Shown one piece after another: positions 22,658 through 32,732 of a stretch of DNA of 64,000 nucleotides. The first letter of the stretch is position 1. The number at the start of each line of letters is the position of its first letter. The translations under genes were made by a program, and so were the position numbers. Under the pieces are notes generated by a model. That model was not told the origin of the DNA. It was given only the letters and a program-made list of their open reading frames with translations, and did no database searches. The stretch covers positions 1,024,001 to 1,088,000 of the forward strand of contig JBJBDL010000003.1 in assembly GCA_047285305.1 (NCBI GenBank). Reading direction: 5' to 3'. The DNA comes from Synechococcus sp. Its GTDB lineage: Bacteria; Cyanobacteriota; Cyanobacteriia; PCC-6307; Cyanobiaceae.

Positions 22658-22959
22658 TGTGGGTCAGTGTTGACCTCTGTGTGGTGCCGATCGGTGTGGG
22701 TGTCAGCCTTTCGCCCTACATCGCCGCTTGTGAGCGGGTGATCGCTGCCACTGGGCTGTCCCATCAGCTGGGTCCCAATGGCACAGCGATAGAAGGCCCG
22801 TGGGACGAGGTCATGGACTGTGTGCGCGCGTGTCATGCCGAGTTGCATGGCATGGGCACTCCGCGTGTCTATACAACCCTCAAGCTCAACACACGCACCG
22901 ATCGGCAGCAGTCGTTCGCTGAGAAGGTCACTTCCGTGGAACAGCTGCTTGACGACTGA
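22657..22959 (+). CDS. MTH1187/YkoF-like thiamine-binding family protein
   Basis: VVPIG.GVSLS.YIA, GT.IEG.WDEV, RTDR. Confidence 0.88.
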   Translation: MWVSVDLCVVPIGVGVSLSPYIAACERVIAATGLSHQLGPNGTAIEGPWDEVMDCVRACHAELHGMGTPRVYTTLKLNTRTDRQQSFAEKVTSVEQLLDD

Positions 22960-23041
22960 AAATCTGTAGAACTTCGGTGGGTTTCGAGCCAGCTTGAGCC
23001 GATCTTGAGACTAATGAGATTGTTTTGTGGTCCCTGGCTTG

Positions 23042-23530
23042 ATGGGTCGCCGTTTCAGGGCTGCGCTGTTGGCTCTGCTGGTGTTGCAGCTGACGGGCAG
23101 TGCTGTTCAAGCCTCAACCTGGGATCGCATCGCCAGTTACCTGCGGCTGCTGCAGCGGGCGGGAGTGAAGGCCCTGGTGGTACCCGACTGCCCTTTGGGC
23201 TTGCTGGGGGCCTTCCATGAGGGCAAGCAGGCCCTGTTGATATGTGGCAACAACCTGCCCGATGATCCCTCCGCGGTTTGGGTGGTGCTGGCCCATGAAT
23301 CAGTCCATGTGATGCAGTCATGCCATGGCGGCAACCTGATGCCGGCGGCCTTGCTCAGCCGTGAGGTGGAGGTGGCTCGCCAGCAGGTCCCCAATCCTTT
23401 TCACGAGTTGCAGCTGTATCACTCCAGTCAGCATCACGTTGAGGCCGAAGCCCGTCTGATTCAGGCCCTGCCCGCGGAGCAGGTGGTGGCCTTGTTTGAA
23501 AAACACTGCGCTAAGCGGCTCTCCCCTTGA
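23042..23530 (+). CDS. Exported protein with HExxH zincin motif
   Basis: Signal peptide (AVQA), LAHESVHVMQSC, downstream EAEAR. Confidence 0.7.
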   Translation: MGRRFRAALLALLVLQLTGSAVQASTWDRIASYLRLLQRAGVKALVVPDCPLGLLGAFHEGKQALLICGNNLPDDPSAVWVVLAHESVHVMQSCHGGNLMPAALLSREVEVARQQVPNPFHELQLYHSSQHHVEAEARLIQALPAEQVVALFEKHCAKRLSP

Positions 23531-24144
23531 AGCTGCTGATGCGGGACCCGTGGCTGATGGCGGTCGACAAGCCCGCCGGCCTGCTCAGCCAACCGGGCCT
23601 GGGGCCCGAGCAAAGCGATTCCGTGATCACCCGCTTGCAGCAGCAGGACCACGGCCTGCGCTTGGTTCACCGCCTGGACCGCGACACCTCAGGGGTGCTG
23701 CTTTTGGCCCGCAGCGCTGACGCCCTGCGGCAGCTCAGTGCCCTGTTTGCTGAACGGCGGATCAACAAGTTGTACCAGGCGGATGTGGAGGGGGAGCTCC
23801 ACGGCCGCGGTTTCATCGCCTGCCCTCTGGCACGACTCTCGCGCCAACCGCCGCGCTACGGCAGCCACCCCGAGGGACGTTTGGCGCTGACGATCTGGAG
23901 GGCCCGCACCGCTGGTGCCCACAGCACACGGCTCTGGCTGCGTCCGCGCACGGGCCGCTCCCATCAGCTGCGGGCCCATCTGGCCGAACGGGGTCACCCC
24001 ATCGTGGGCGATCCCATCTATGGGGATGCCGGCCGTTCCTGCCGCTTGCATTTGCATGCTCAGGCCCTGAGCTTTCGCCATCCCTTCACACAGCAACGCG
24101 TCCGTTTGATTTCGCAGGAGGTTCCCTTTGCCACTGAGTGCTGA
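23527..24144 (+). CDS. RluA family pseudouridine synthase
   Basis: DKPAGL, VHRLDRDTSG, TGRSHQLRAH, GHPIVGD..Y, LHLHA. Confidence 0.95.
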   Translation: MKLLMRDPWLMAVDKPAGLLSQPGLGPEQSDSVITRLQQQDHGLRLVHRLDRDTSGVLLLARSADALRQLSALFAERRINKLYQADVEGELHGRGFIACPLARLSRQPPRYGSHPEGRLALTIWRARTAGAHSTRLWLRPRTGRSHQLRAHLAERGHPIVGDPIYGDAGRSCRLHLHAQALSFRHPFTQQRVRLISQEVPFATEC

Positions 24145-24159
24145 ACTCGGACACTGCGG

Positions 24160-26250
24160 TCAGCGTCGGGCGGGGATTGGGTAGGGAATGCGGCGGTGGC
24201 GCATCCGCCGCCAGACCTGCACGAAGGCACGAATAACCAGTGCCACTTCGCTGCGGTTGAGGCTGCTTTTGCGCAGTTGTCCATCCCGCTGCCTCGCTTC
24301 CACAATCCGCTGCACCGTGTCCACCGCCTGGGCATCGGAGGTGTCGGGAGGGAGTGATCGAAGCGCCGCCTCACATCCGTCGGCCAGCATCAGGATCGCC
24401 GTTTCTTTGGAGCGAGGTTCCGGGCCCCTGTAACGGAAGCGGCGTTCCTCCACCACCTCGCCGCGCTCCCGGGCCTTGTGGAGGAAGTACCCCATTTTCA
24501 AGGTGCCCTGGTGCTCAGGGATGAAATCAGCGATGGGCCGAGGCAGGCGGTGGCGCCGCGCCAGCTTCAGGCCCTCATCCACATGAGCTTGAAGCACCGC
24601 CGCACTCGCCTGGGGGTCATCCAGCGCGTCGTGGGGATTGGGTCCGTCCTTCTGGTTCTCGATGAACCAGTCCGGCGCATGAAGTTTGCCCACGTCGTGA
24701 TACAGAGAGCCGGTCCGGATCAGATCCACATCTGCACCAATCGCTCGCGCCCCTTCCTCCGCCAGGCCGCAGATCATCAGGGTGTGTTCAAAGGTTCCCG
24801 GGGCTTCGCAGGAGAGGCGGCGCAGCAGGGGACGCTCCTGATCGGCCAGTTCCAGCAGCCGCGCCCGGGTGAGCAGGCCAAATGAGAACTCGAGCATCGG
24901 GATCAGCAGCAGGCTGAACATCAGCAAAACACCGAGCACAAAGGAGTCGGTGGCCAGTTCATCCAGGCTGGGATTCAGATTTCCCCAGACCCGCAGGCCG
25001 GTAACCGGTTGCAGCTGCAGCAGCAGCCACTGCCCCACGAAGGCGCCAATCGGCAGCAGCACCGTGAGTTGCAGCAACTGGCCGCGGCTGCGCTGACGGC
25101 CTGCGATCAAGGCCCCAGCGGCGGCCACCGTTGCCGCCACAATCAAGCGACCGTCCCCCAAACCCTGGACGGGTTCTGGCCAGAGCAGAGCGGCCACTCC
25201 CATCCAGACCAATCCGCAGCCGGTGCCGAGGCCTTCCGCCAGCACCAGGGTGGGCGCTACCAGCACGGCCAGAGGGCTCACGGAGCTTTTGAACCAGAGC
25301 TTGGCTCCCTGCACCAGCAGCAGCAGGCCAACCGCCAGAAGGGCGTGGCGCACCTCCAGACCAGGCCGCTCGCGCCGCATCACCAGCAGCATCACGGCGC
25401 AGGCTGCAGCGGCTTCAACAAACCGTTGGAACCAAATCAACGGTTGGGGTTCGCGGCGCACGCGGCCGAAATAATCCAGAACGTCATAGGCCTGTGGACT
25501 GATCGGCTCGCCCTTGCGGGTGATCAGATCCCCCTTGCGCACCTCGATGGTGGGGATGGCCTGTTTGGTCAGCTGTTCCTCGATCAGCTGTTTGCTCAGG
25601 TTCGGGTCGGTGCGCAGGTTGCTGCTACCGCGCATGGCGCTGGTGAGCACCTTGCCGGCGAGGGTGCGCGCTGCATCTGGCTGCAGGTCAACCGCCTTGA
25701 GTTGCTGGTCGGCGGCCTTGCGCAATTGCTCAATGGCCAGGTTGCTCACCAGCCCTTGGCTCAGCATGCGATCAGCGGTGCTGCGCACCTCTTTATCCCA
25801 GGCCAGATGCTCCCATTCGCTGCGTCGTTCCAGCCACCTTTTCTCTTGATCAGACAGGTTCACCGGCCCGATCCGGTCTCCAGATCCTGTGTTGGTGACC
25901 TCCTGCAGCTGCAGCAGTTGTTGCTCGAGCCGTTGTTTGAGTGCTTGGGTCTGCTCCTGATCGATCACCTGCACCACCGATCGCGCCACCAGAGAGGCCC
26001 GCTGCTGCTCGAGGGCGGTGCTGTCCTGCACCAGGGCATCCTTTGGAGCAATGGCTTCAAACGGGGCCAGCGATCCGGGTTGAAGTTTTGGCTTGATCAG
26101 CCAGGGCAGGCTTGAGGCTGCGGCCACGGAAAGGCACAGCAGCAGCACAACAAAGGTCTGCAGTCGCGTCCAGCGCAGGAGGCGTCGCCCTGGGCCTTCG
26201 AGCCGCGCCCAGTTCCGCCAAAGGCTGCTCAGCCGTGGAACACGAACCAA
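24160..26250 (-). CDS. 7TM-HD (HDIG) phosphohydrolase, PgpH-like
   Basis: Extracytoplasmic domain, multiple TM helices, APGTFEH, YHDVGK, EHQGT, LMLADGCEAA. Confidence 0.9.
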   Translation of the reverse strand: MVRVPRLSSLWRNWARLEGPGRRLLRWTRLQTFVVLLLCLSVAAASSLPWLIKPKLQPGSLAPFEAIAPKDALVQDSTALEQQRASLVARSVVQVIDQEQTQALKQRLEQQLLQLQEVTNTGSGDRIGPVNLSDQEKRWLERRSEWEHLAWDKEVRSTADRMLSQGLVSNLAIEQLRKAADQQLKAVDLQPDAARTLAGKVLTSAMRGSSNLRTDPNLSKQLIEEQLTKQAIPTIEVRKGDLITRKGEPISPQAYDVLDYFGRVRREPQPLIWFQRFVEAAAACAVMLLVMRRERPGLEVRHALLAVGLLLLVQGAKLWFKSSVSPLAVLVAPTLVLAEGLGTGCGLVWMGVAALLWPEPVQGLGDGRLIVAATVAAAGALIAGRQRSRGQLLQLTVLLPIGAFVGQWLLLQLQPVTGLRVWGNLNPSLDELATDSFVLGVLLMFSLLLIPMLEFSFGLLTRARLLELADQERPLLRRLSCEAPGTFEHTLMICGLAEEGARAIGADVDLIRTGSLYHDVGKLHAPDWFIENQKDGPNPHDALDDPQASAAVLQAHVDEGLKLARRHRLPRPIADFIPEHQGTLKMGYFLHKARERGEVVEERRFRYRGPEPRSKETAILMLADGCEAALRSLPPDTSDAQAVDTVQRIVEARQRDGQLRKSSLNRSEVALVIRAFVQVWRRMRHRRIPYPIPARR

Positions 26251-26320
26251 AAAGGACCCTGTAGCGGCTTAACGCTAGCTCTCCTCAGAGGGCATGCTGG
26301 AGGGAGTGCATGGGAATGCC

Positions 26321-27202
26321 ATGGCCCTGCGTTTGGACGGCAAGGTGCTGGCAAGGGATGTGGAGCATCGTCTTCAAACCCTGATCGAACGGCGTTTGGC
26401 CGAGGCGGGGCGACCGCCGGGCTTGGCGGTGCTGCGTGTTGGTGATGATCCCGCCAGCGCCGTCTACGTCGCCAATAAGGAAAAAGCCTGTGCTCGGATC
26501 GGGGTGGCCAGCTTTGGTGATCACCTCCCCGGCGACACGCCTCCAGCGCAGGTGCTTCAGACGATTGAACGGCTGAATGCCAACACTGCAGTGGACGGGA
26601 TCCTCCTGCAGCTCCCCCTTCCTGCTGGCCTCGATGAGGGGCCGCTGCTGATGGCCATTGATCCTGAAAAGGATGCCGATGGTCTGCACACCCTCAATCT
26701 CGGACGGCTGCTCAAGGGGGAGCCGGGCCCGCGCAGCTGCACCCCCGCCGGGGTGATGGCGATGCTGCGCAGTAATGGCATCGATCCTGCGGGCAAGCGC
26801 GCCGTGGTGATCGGCCGCAGCATTCTCGTGGGGCAGCCGATGGCCTTGATGCTGCAGGCCGCCAACGCCACCGTCACCATCGCCCACTCCCGCACGGTCG
26901 ATCTGGCGGCCCACACTCGCGAAGCCGACATCCTCGTGGTGGCAGCAGGCCGTCCTGAGTTCATCGGGGCCGAGCACGTGCGGCCGGGGGCGGCGGTGGT
27001 GGATGTGGGCATCCACCGCAAGCCGGAAGGCGGATTGTGTGGGGATGTTCGTGCGGCTGAAGTCGAGTCGGTCTCTGCTGCGCTTTCTCCCGTCCCCGGC
27101 GGTGTGGGACCGATGACGGTGACGATGCTTCTGGTGAACACCGTTGTGGCTTGGTGTAGACGCCACGACCTTGACCATGATTTGGACGATCTAGTGCCCT
27201 GA
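26321..27202 (+). CDS. folD: Methylenetetrahydrofolate dehydrogenase/cyclohydrolase
   Basis: [42 protein letters not shown]. Confidence 0.97.
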   Translation: MALRLDGKVLARDVEHRLQTLIERRLAEAGRPPGLAVLRVGDDPASAVYVANKEKACARIGVASFGDHLPGDTPPAQVLQTIERLNANTAVDGILLQLPLPAGLDEGPLLMAIDPEKDADGLHTLNLGRLLKGEPGPRSCTPAGVMAMLRSNGIDPAGKRAVVIGRSILVGQPMALMLQAANATVTIAHSRTVDLAAHTREADILVVAAGRPEFIGAEHVRPGAAVVDVGIHRKPEGGLCGDVRAAEVESVSAALSPVPGGVGPMTVTMLLVNTVVAWCRRHDLDHDLDDLVP

Positions 27203-27210
27203 TCGGTTCC

Positions 27211-27843
27211 ATGGCGCTGCACTGGCTGTTCCCCACCCCCGTTGTGCAGGTGGAGTACTTCGATGCCCAGGTGTATCAGCACCCTGAGTTCAGCGATCGC
27301 AACAATCTCACCGGGGATCTCCTGGGCCATGCCGGCCTGGATCAGTTGCATCGCATGGATGCGTTCCAGTGGCTGAACGGGCAGTTGGCTGAGCACGTTT
27401 CGGCTTATCTCCGTTCGCTGTTGGGCCCGGAAAACGGTCTTGTGGCCCACATCCAAAAGGCCTTGCCTGCGGTGTGTGCGAGGAATGGCGGAACGGTGGA
27501 TCTGCAAAGCCACCGCAATGCCCAGTTGAGCGCGGTGTTCTATGAGTTGACTGATCCCGCCAACGAGTGCGGGGAGCTGGAATTTGAGGCGCCCGACGAT
27601 TACTTCAGCCATGTGATGGCGATTCCCTACCGTGACGCGGCGGTCTCCGGTGGGGTGTTCGCGCCGCTGCCCCACCGTCTTTTGCTGGTCCCTTCGGACC
27701 ACCTGCGCCATCGTGTGTTCTCCCCTAAGGGAATCTGCCCTCCCTATTCGGTCTCCTACAACCTGGCCATCACCATGGCACCGGGCAAGGGAGGCGAGAC
27801 GCAAACACCCCATCCGATGGATTGGGTCCCCCTCGGCAGCTAA
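27211..27843 (+). CDS. TIGR02466-type putative 2OG-Fe(II) oxygenase, possibly degenerate
   Basis: LFPTP start, LSAVFY, GELEF, PS..LRH.V, SVSYN; the expected HxH site reads QSH. Confidence 0.7.
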   Translation: MALHWLFPTPVVQVEYFDAQVYQHPEFSDRNNLTGDLLGHAGLDQLHRMDAFQWLNGQLAEHVSAYLRSLLGPENGLVAHIQKALPAVCARNGGTVDLQSHRNAQLSAVFYELTDPANECGELEFEAPDDYFSHVMAIPYRDAAVSGGVFAPLPHRLLLVPSDHLRHRVFSPKGICPPYSVSYNLAITMAPGKGGETQTPHPMDWVPLGS

Positions 27844-27883
27844 TGGCTCGGCCTGAGAGAATCCCGCCAGCCAGGGTCCACCC

Positions 27884-28774
27884 ATGAGCGCCGAGTTCGA
27901 TTTCAAGGCCTATCTCGGCAAGGCCAAAGAGCGAGTGGAAGCGGCCCTCGATGGATCCCTCGGTCCGGAGCGGCCGGAGTCCCTCAGAAAAGCGATGCGC
28001 TATTCGCTGCTTGCCGGTGGCAAGCGCCTGCGCCCGATTCTCTGCCTTGCAGCTTGCGAGTTGGCGGGCGGGGAAGCGACGCAGGCCCTTTCCACGGCGG
28101 TGGCGCTGGAAATGATCCACACCATGTCATTGATCCATGACGACCTGCCGGCCATGGATGACGACGACCTGCGCCGTGGTCGTCCCACCAATCACAAGGT
28201 GTATGGCGAAGCCGTGGCCATCCTTGCCGGTGATGCCCTGCTGACCCGCGCCTTCGAAATGGTGGCGCTGCGCAGTCCGGATGTGCCGGCTGAGCGTCTG
28301 CTCAAGGTGGTGGGAGAACTGTCGTTGGTAGCCGGTGCCCCTGGCCTGGTGGGCGGCCAAGTGGTGGATCTGGAAAGCGAAGGCAAGGAGGTGGATCTTG
28401 AAACCCTCGAGTACATCCACCTCCACAAAACCGGAGCCCTGTTGAGTGCCTGTGTGATCACCGGGGCGATGATCGGCGGCGCCGACGAGGCGCTGATCAA
28501 GGCCCTGCGCACCTATGCCAGGGGGATAGGCCTCGCCTTCCAGATCATCGACGACATCCTCGACATCACCGCCAGCAGCGAGGTGCTCGGCAAAACCGCC
28601 GGCAAGGATCTCATTGCCGACAAGACCACCTATCCCAAGCTTCTCGGGCTCGACGAGTCCCGCCGTCGGGCCGATGCGTTGGTCAATGAAGCGAAAGAGG
28701 CGCTTCAACCCTGGGCCGAGAAGGCGATTCCCCTGCTGGCCTTGGCCGACTTCATCACCAGCCGCGACCGATGA
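27884..28774 (+). CDS. crtE: Geranylgeranyl diphosphate synthase
   Basis: [36 protein letters not shown]. Confidence 0.96.
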   Translation: MSAEFDFKAYLGKAKERVEAALDGSLGPERPESLRKAMRYSLLAGGKRLRPILCLAACELAGGEATQALSTAVALEMIHTMSLIHDDLPAMDDDDLRRGRPTNHKVYGEAVAILAGDALLTRAFEMVALRSPDVPAERLLKVVGELSLVAGAPGLVGGQVVDLESEGKEVDLETLEYIHLHKTGALLSACVITGAMIGGADEALIKALRTYARGIGLAFQIIDDILDITASSEVLGKTAGKDLIADKTTYPKLLGLDESRRRADALVNEAKEALQPWAEKAIPLLALADFITSRDR

Positions 28775-29283
28775 TCGACGCCTCGCCCTCCCATGCGGTG
28801 CTGCGGGAGTTCTTCGACAACAGTTCGCTCACCTGGGGCTTGATGGCCTGTGGGATCGCCCAGCTCTCGAAATTGTTCCTTGAGTTGCTCTTGCATCGCC
28901 GTTGGCGTCCAGCGGTGTTGATCGAAACGGGCGGCATGCCGTCGAGCCACTCCGCCCTGGCCACCGGCACGGCGGCCTGTGTGGGTTGGACCCTGGGCTT
29001 TGATCACCCCCTCTTCGCCCTTGCGGCGATGGTGGCGTTCGTCGTCATGTACGACGCCAGTGGCATTCGTCGCGCCGCCGGGCTGACGGCGGAACGGGTC
29101 AATGGTCTGCCTGATTCGCTCTGGCCGGACGCTCCGGAGAAACCCCTCAAGGAAAGCCTTGGCCACAGCCGGCTGCAGGTGCTGGTGGGCAGCCTGATGG
29201 GTCCTGCCGTTGCTCTGCCCGGATTGGAATTTGTGGGGTCACCGCTGCATCTGCTGTCGGGTCTTGGAGCTGGGCTGGGGTGA
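28771..29283 (+). CDS. Divergent PAP2 family (DUF212) protein
   Basis: [28 protein letters not shown]. Confidence 0.92.
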   Translation: MIDASPSHAVLREFFDNSSLTWGLMACGIAQLSKLFLELLLHRRWRPAVLIETGGMPSSHSALATGTAACVGWTLGFDHPLFALAAMVAFVVMYDASGIRRAAGLTAERVNGLPDSLWPDAPEKPLKESLGHSRLQVLVGSLMGPAVALPGLEFVGSPLHLLSGLGAGLG

Positions 29284-30731
29284 CCGCTGCCGCGGACCTC
29301 ACCGCTGATCAGCAGGAAGCGGCGGACGCCTTTGCGGCCTGGCTTAAGCAGCCCGCGGATGGCACCCCCTTCGTGCTCAGTGGTTTTGCCGGCAGCGGCA
29401 AAACCTTCCTCTCCATGCGCCTGTTGCGCCAGGTGGAGGCCAGCGGTTTGTGCTGGACCGTCGTGGCACCAACCCATAAAGCGGTGGGAGTTCTGCGCCA
29501 GGCGTTGGAGTTGGAGGGTCTCCAACCCACCTGGTATCCCTCCACCATCCATCGCTTGCTGCGGCTGAAGCTCAAGCGCTCCGCCGACGCTGAACTCTGC
29601 GAACCCACCGAGCAGACGGCCATGGCCCTGGAAAACCTGGGCCTGGTGCTGATTGACGAAGCCTCGATGGTGGACAGCACCCTGTTGGGCATCGCCCTCC
29701 AGTGTGCCCATCCGTTCAAGACCCGTCTGGTTTTTGTCGGCGACCCCGCCCAGTTGCCTCCGGTAGGTGAGCCGAACAGCCCCGTGTTTGCGATGCAACG
29801 GTCCTGTTCCGCCAGCTTGACCCAGGTGGTGCGGCATCAAGGCCCAGTGCTGCAGCTGGCTGCGGGGCTGCGGGAGGGGAGCCTGCCCTGCCAAATGCCG
29901 CCGCTGCTGCCGCCGATTCGTTCCCCGCAGGGGCAGGTGCGCAGCCTGGTGCAACGGGAGTGGCTGGATCAGGCTCGGCGTGCATTGCGCGACGCTTCGG
30001 TTCAAGACAACCCCGATGCAGCACGCATCCTCTGCTACACGAACCGCACCCTGGATCGTCTGGTGCCCCATGCGCGCCGGGCCATCCATGGGGAGATGGC
30101 GGATCAGATGCCGGTGCTGCCCGGTGAGGTGTTGATCAGTCGCACCGCGGTGATGGCCCCGGCCTCAAGGGACGGAGAAGAGGCCGGTGAAGAACCCGAC
30201 ATGGTGCTCGGCTCCAACCGCGAAGTGACGGTGCGGGACGTCAAGCCGGAGGCCTGTGACCTGGCGGATTTCGGCCTGTCCTCCGCCGATGGGCCCGTGC
30301 CGGTGATCGAGACCCTCTCCGCATCGGTGAATGCCGGGGATCTGGAGCTCACCCTGCGCCTGCAGCCGCCGATTGGCAGCTCGGGTCGTCAAGAGCTTGA
30401 TGCGGTGATGCAGCGGCTGCGCAAGCAGGCCCGTGATGCCGGCAAGAAAAACGGTCGCGCGATCTGGCGGCAGTACTTCCTGATTCGCGATGCCTTCGCT
30501 TCCCTGGGGCCGGCGGCGGTGCTCACGGTGCACCGCAGTCAGGGCAGCAGTTTCGGGGATGTCTTTGTGGCGCCGGATGTGTTCCGGGCTGATCCAGCCA
30601 TCCGCCAGCAGCTCTGTTATGTGGCCGTGTCCCGTGCCCGTACGGGAGTTTGGTTGCTCGGCGGGGAGACGTCGTCTGATCTGCGCGCCACCTGGCAGCG
30701 CCAATTCGACACCACGCGGGAATTCGACTGA
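29280..30731 (+). CDS. RecD-like SF1 helicase
   Basis: GFAGSGKT, APTHKA, DEASM, VGDPAQLPPV, TVHRSQGS, YVAVSRAR. Confidence 0.92.
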   Translation: MTAAADLTADQQEAADAFAAWLKQPADGTPFVLSGFAGSGKTFLSMRLLRQVEASGLCWTVVAPTHKAVGVLRQALELEGLQPTWYPSTIHRLLRLKLKRSADAELCEPTEQTAMALENLGLVLIDEASMVDSTLLGIALQCAHPFKTRLVFVGDPAQLPPVGEPNSPVFAMQRSCSASLTQVVRHQGPVLQLAAGLREGSLPCQMPPLLPPIRSPQGQVRSLVQREWLDQARRALRDASVQDNPDAARILCYTNRTLDRLVPHARRAIHGEMADQMPVLPGEVLISRTAVMAPASRDGEEAGEEPDMVLGSNREVTVRDVKPEACDLADFGLSSADGPVPVIETLSASVNAGDLELTLRLQPPIGSSGRQELDAVMQRLRKQARDAGKKNGRAIWRQYFLIRDAFASLGPAAVLTVHRSQGSSFGDVFVAPDVFRADPAIRQQLCYVAVSRARTGVWLLGGETSSDLRATWQRQFDTTREFD

Positions 30732-30740
30732 ATCAGGAGA

Positions 30741-30758
30741 GGATCAGTACGCTGATCC
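30741..30758. terminator. Perfect 7-bp hairpin downstream of the helicase gene
   Basis: GGATCAG-TACG-CTGATCC; no clear U-tract. Confidence 0.35.
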
Positions 30759-30762
30759 CGGC

Positions 30763-30942
30763 TCAGAGGCGCATGATCAGTGCCGAAAACAGTCCTTCTC
30801 TATGCCGCCAGCTCTGACAGGCGTCTAGGGCTTCTGCCGCGGAATCAAACACCTTCTTAGTGGTTGCCCGTCGCGTGCTCATCGCCTCCACGCCAAGCAA
30901 GGGCAGCGCATTGATCAACAGACCAAATCTGAAGCGGAGCAT
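30763..30942 (-). CDS. Short hypothetical ORF (59 aa), possibly a truncated remnant
   Basis: Manual translation MLRFRFGLLINALPLLGVEAMSTRRATTKKVFDSAAEALDACQSWRHREGLFSALIMRL; signal-like N-terminus, abrupt end. Confidence 0.4.
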   Translation of the reverse strand: MLRFRFGLLINALPLLGVEAMSTRRATTKKVFDSAAEALDACQSWRHREGLFSALIMRL

Positions 30943-31042
30943 GCGACAGGTGCGAAGGTCCTGCTTCAGCCGTGGCGAGATGGGTGGAGCGTGGAGGCCT
31001 CCTCCCCAGTTTTTTCACTTGCGAGTCTCAGCGCACTTCATT

Positions 31043-31396
31043 TCAGTAGCGCACTTCGAACCAGTCGTCGCCCGTGATCGGGAGCTGGCTGGGGGTCACC
31101 CGAACCACCCGGGCGCCCGGCGGCCCGACCTCGCACCAGGCCCGCAGTTCAGACAAGGCCAGCGGTGGTCCCTCGGCTTGCACTTCTACACGGCCATCAC
31201 TCAGGTTGCGTACCCAGCCGCTGATGCCGAGATCCAGGGCACGCCGATTGCAGCTGGCGCGGAACCCCACCCGTTGAACACGGCCTTCGATTACCCAGCG
31301 CCAGCGTTCGGCGAAGGGTTGGACCCGCGGGGGTTGCTGGCGGCTGACGAAGCGTTTGGCGATCTTCTCTCCCCGGATTCGAGCGCGGCGCGCCAT
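31043..31396 (-). CDS. acyP: Acylphosphatase
   Basis: GRVQRVGFR, GWVRN..DG.VEV..EG, GP..A.V; start uncertain (31396 or further upstream). Confidence 0.88.
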   Translation of the reverse strand: MARRARIRGEKIAKRFVSRQQPPRVQPFAERWRWVIEGRVQRVGFRASCNRRALDLGISGWVRNLSDGRVEVQAEGPPLALSELRAWCEVGPPGARVVRVTPSQLPITGDDWFEVRY

Positions 31397-32718
31397 CGGG
31401 AGCAGATCGTCGTAGAGCTTGCCCAGTGCAGGTGAACCCAGCTCGCGTGAACCGTCTGATCGACCCATCCTTCCGAATGTCGATGGACTTTCCATCCCTC
31501 AATGTCCCACAGCACTGACCTGTCGGAGGATGGCCGGTTGGTGTGCAGTTCCCAGCAGTGAAATTCGTGGCCCACCAGCTGCTGACCGCTTTCCACCACA
31601 GGGCTGTCCCGCCGTGCCTGTAGGCGTCGATAGCCCACCTGCAGGGGGCCGCGCTGGGCTGTGAAGGGAAGCAGGCCCGCCATGGGGTGGCTGGTGCCAT
31701 CGAGGTCGGTCAGCTGGTCTCCGAGCACAAGCATCCCGCCGCATTCGGCGTAGAGCGGTCGCTGCTGCACGAACGCCCGCAGCGAGCTCAGGCTTCGTTT
31801 GCAGCTGCTGAGCTGGGCAGCGTGCTGTTCGGGGAACCCACCCGGCAGGATCAGGCCCTTGGCATCTGCAGGGATGGCCTCATCGGCCAGGGGGCTCCAG
31901 CTGAGCACGGGCATGCCCATGTGCTCCAGCAGTTCACTGGTTTCCTGGTAGCGGAAGTGAAAGGCGGCATCACTGGCTAGAGCCACCGGCAGGGGCTGGC
32001 CCTGCTCCACGGGGATGCTGACCAGGGGATGCGGCCCGTGGCGGGGTGCCTGCAGCAGGGGGACCAGGCGTTCCAGGTTCAGGTGCTGGCTGGCCAAGGC
32101 GGCCCAGGCCTGGCGTCGTTGCACGGGGGCCTCCAATTCATGGGCCGGGGCCAAGCCGAGATGTCGGCCCGGCAGAGCAAGGGCTTCGCTGCGCGGCAGG
32201 CAGCCCAGCAACGGCACCTCCATGCGCTCCAGCACTTCGGCCAGAAGCTCCCGGTGCCTTGGGGTGCTGACCTTGTTGAGTACCACGCCGGCGATGCGCA
32301 GCTGGGGATCGTGATCGCGGAATCCGCGCACGATGGCGCCGAGGGAGGCGGCCTGACCACCGGCATCCAGCACCAGCACCACCGGCAGGTCCAGCAGGCG
32401 GGCCACGTCAGCCGTGCTTCCGGTTGTACTGCTGCCGATGCCATCGAAGAGCCCCATCACCCCTTCAATGAGGGTCAGCTCAGAGGCACCGCCGTAACCG
32501 TGAAAGGCCTGGCGAACCCAGGTTTCCCCGCAGAGATTGAGATCGAGATTGCGACAGGGCTGACCCGAGGCCTGGCTGAGCAGCTGGGCATCGAGATAGT
32601 CCGGTCCCACCTTGAAGGCCTGGATCCGGCGTCCGTTCTGCTGGGCCCAGCTCAGCAGCGCCAGGCTCAACAGGGTTTTGCCGCTGCCACTGGCTGGTGC
32701 AGCGATGACAGCGGCCAT
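31291..32718 (-). CDS. cobB: Cobyrinate a,c-diamide synthase
   Basis: SGSGKT, FKVGPDYLD, IEGVMGLFDG, RHLGL, YAECGG, GHEFH. Confidence 0.95.
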   Translation of the reverse strand: MAAVIAAPASGSGKTLLSLALLSWAQQNGRRIQAFKVGPDYLDAQLLSQASGQPCRNLDLNLCGETWVRQAFHGYGGASELTLIEGVMGLFDGIGSSTTGSTADVARLLDLPVVLVLDAGGQAASLGAIVRGFRDHDPQLRIAGVVLNKVSTPRHRELLAEVLERMEVPLLGCLPRSEALALPGRHLGLAPAHELEAPVQRRQAWAALASQHLNLERLVPLLQAPRHGPHPLVSIPVEQGQPLPVALASDAAFHFRYQETSELLEHMGMPVLSWSPLADEAIPADAKGLILPGGFPEQHAAQLSSCKRSLSSLRAFVQQRPLYAECGGMLVLGDQLTDLDGTSHPMAGLLPFTAQRGPLQVGYRRLQARRDSPVVESGQQLVGHEFHCWELHTNRPSSDRSVLWDIEGWKVHRHSEGWVDQTVHASWVHLHWASSTTICSRWRAALESGERRSPNASSAASNPRGSNPSPNAGAG

Positions 32719-32732
32719 GGCTCAGACGCGGA

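Noticed and set aside
25009..27906. Long ORFs 25009-26115 (+), 26285-27178 (-) and 26557-27906 (-)
   Set aside because: Shadows of the HD phosphohydrolase, folD and the oxygenase gene.
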